From: a virus
Lineage: Duplodnaviria > Caudoviricetes
IMG/VR virus record: IMGVR_UViG_3300037424_000750
Span: 1 to 46,555 of that record
Reading direction: 5' to 3' (one strand)
Length of the DNA stretch: 46,555 nt
Positions 45,540-46,555 of the stretch are shown one piece after another (positions within the stretch are counted from its first letter, which is position 1; each line of letters starts with the position of its first letter). The translations under genes were made by a program, and so were the position numbers. The notes below the pieces were generated by a model. It saw only the letters and a list, made by a program, of their open reading frames with translations, was not told where the DNA came from and did no database searches.

Positions 45540-46155
45540 CTGGCTGGCCTGCCTGAGTGTCGCGCTGCAATTTCTTGCGCGAGAACTGGCGAATGCCCTT
45601 GGTGAAATGGCCCTTGAGAATGTAGCCGCCTTGCAAAAGGATCATTTTCTTCTGTGCCATGATCAAAGCGCCGTATTGCCGCTGCACCATCTGCCGCACG
45701 TCCTCAACAACGCCATGCGGAACACTCATTTGCATGTGACCGGTTTCAATTTTTCGGCTGTACGGCTGATCGTTTGTTAACGTCACTTCGGCGTTAATTG
45801 GTAGATCATCAAATGAAACCAACCGGGTTTCAGCCAACATCGCAAACCATGATCTCTTGTACCGACCAGATTTCTCAGGCGATCGCGCAACCAAAGCCTC
45901 AAGCGCAAACGTAATAATCTCAGGCCACCACGAAAACTGATAGACGATAGGCCCAGGCGGAACGACCGTCTCTTCGGCCGCACCTTCTCGACCGTTGACA
46001 AATCTCTGATAGAGTTTTGAACCTTCACCGCTCGATATCGAGCCGGCCAGTTCCGTCCGCGCAAAGTCAGCAAGTTCCGCCGCGATGGCTTCGGGCTCAA
46101 TGCTTTTGGTCGCAAGTCTAATGTCTTCCGCGCTGAATTTAATGCGGGAAACCAT
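45499..46155 (-). CDS. Neck/tail-completion protein (HK97 gp10-like)
   Basis: SPEKSGRYKRSW...NDQPYSRKIE.G pattern and position. Confidence 0.7.
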   Translation of the reverse strand: MVSRIKFSAEDIRLATKSIEPEAIAAELADFARTELAGSISSGEGSKLYQRFVNGREGAAEETVVPPGPIVYQFSWWPEIITFALEALVARSPEKSGRYKRSWFAMLAETRLVSFDDLPINAEVTLTNDQPYSRKIETGHMQMSVPHGVVEDVRQMVQRQYGALIMAQKKMILLQGGYILKGHFTKGIRQFSRKKLQRDTQAGQPVTYPALVLSVKDV

Positions 46156-46505
46156 TAGCCGACGATCTGCAATTCATAGGCAATCGTCACGCCACCCACC
46201 CGGCGGGTCGCATTATCCGGCACCTTGATCGCGTGCTGCTTGCCCTGGACGATGGCGAAATCGGAATTCGTCAGCGGCAATGTCAGCCCCGCCTTGATCA
46301 TGTCTTCCTGCAGGACGATGGCCTTGCGGTCCGCCTGGGCGATGCCGCCGACCATTTCCTGCGGGGTGTAGCCCGTCACGCGCGCCAGCACGTCGACTTC
46401 GAACATCGGACGGTTCGGCCCGGTGCCGGTAAACCGCCTGATCTTGATCGTCTCGAATTCACCCAGCGCCAGGCGATAGGACGCGATGATCGACGCGACG
46501 TTCAT
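46155..46505 (-). CDS. Head closure / head-tail joining protein
   Basis: 116-aa ORF ending YELQIVG, upstream of the gp10-like gene. Confidence 0.65.
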   Translation of the reverse strand: MNVASIIASYRLALGEFETIKIRRFTGTGPNRPMFEVDVLARVTGYTPQEMVGGIAQADRKAIVLQEDMIKAGLTLPLTNSDFAIVQGKQHAIKVPDNATRRVGGVTIAYELQIVG

Positions 46506-46555
46506 CGGGCGTGGAGCCGCACGGCCAGTGCCGTGTTGCCAGCGTAAGCAGCGCC

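Larger units (their letters stand above)
1..46555. mobile_element. Temperate siphovirus-like phage of Alphaproteobacteria (partial genome, non-integrated configuration)
   Basis: Integrase, cI/cro switch, lysis, tape measure and tail tube genes are present. Phage genes lie on both sides of attP and no host housekeeping genes are seen. Confidence 0.95.

Overview
This window is about 46.5 kb of a temperate, long-tailed (siphovirus-like) phage of an alphaproteobacterium. The host is probably Rhizobiales/Bradyrhizobium-like, inferred from the GcrA homolog and high GC. Most late genes lie on the minus strand. From left to right: a probable cos-proximal end and HNH/P-loop gene; a NusG-like antiterminator with a structured leader; a replication initiator; the leftward early operon (C39-like peptidase, antisense LAGLIDADG endonuclease, MT-A70 methyltransferase, HD hydrolase, GcrA, R2K ATP-grasp, tRNA-Met within a cluster of structured RNAs); a cro/cI switch with four operators; the rightward early operon (C5 methyltransferase, HNH, GIY-YIG, Xis, tyrosine integrase); an intact attP carrying a tRNA 3' end, which implies the excised or virion form; higBA; lysis genes; and tail genes. 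Terminase, portal and capsid genes are not in the window. The most notable oddities are (1) a self-promoted antisense cassette encoding a stand-alone AEP primase-polymerase-like protein plus an HTH regulator, inserted among the head-tail genes; (2) a ~450-nt array of structured RNAs including a 135-nt tRNA mimic beside an atypical initiator-like tRNA; (3) duplicated terminator-like motifs in the late leader next to the NusG paralog; and (4) short repeats at gene junctions. All family assignments come from motif recognition by eye, not database searches.
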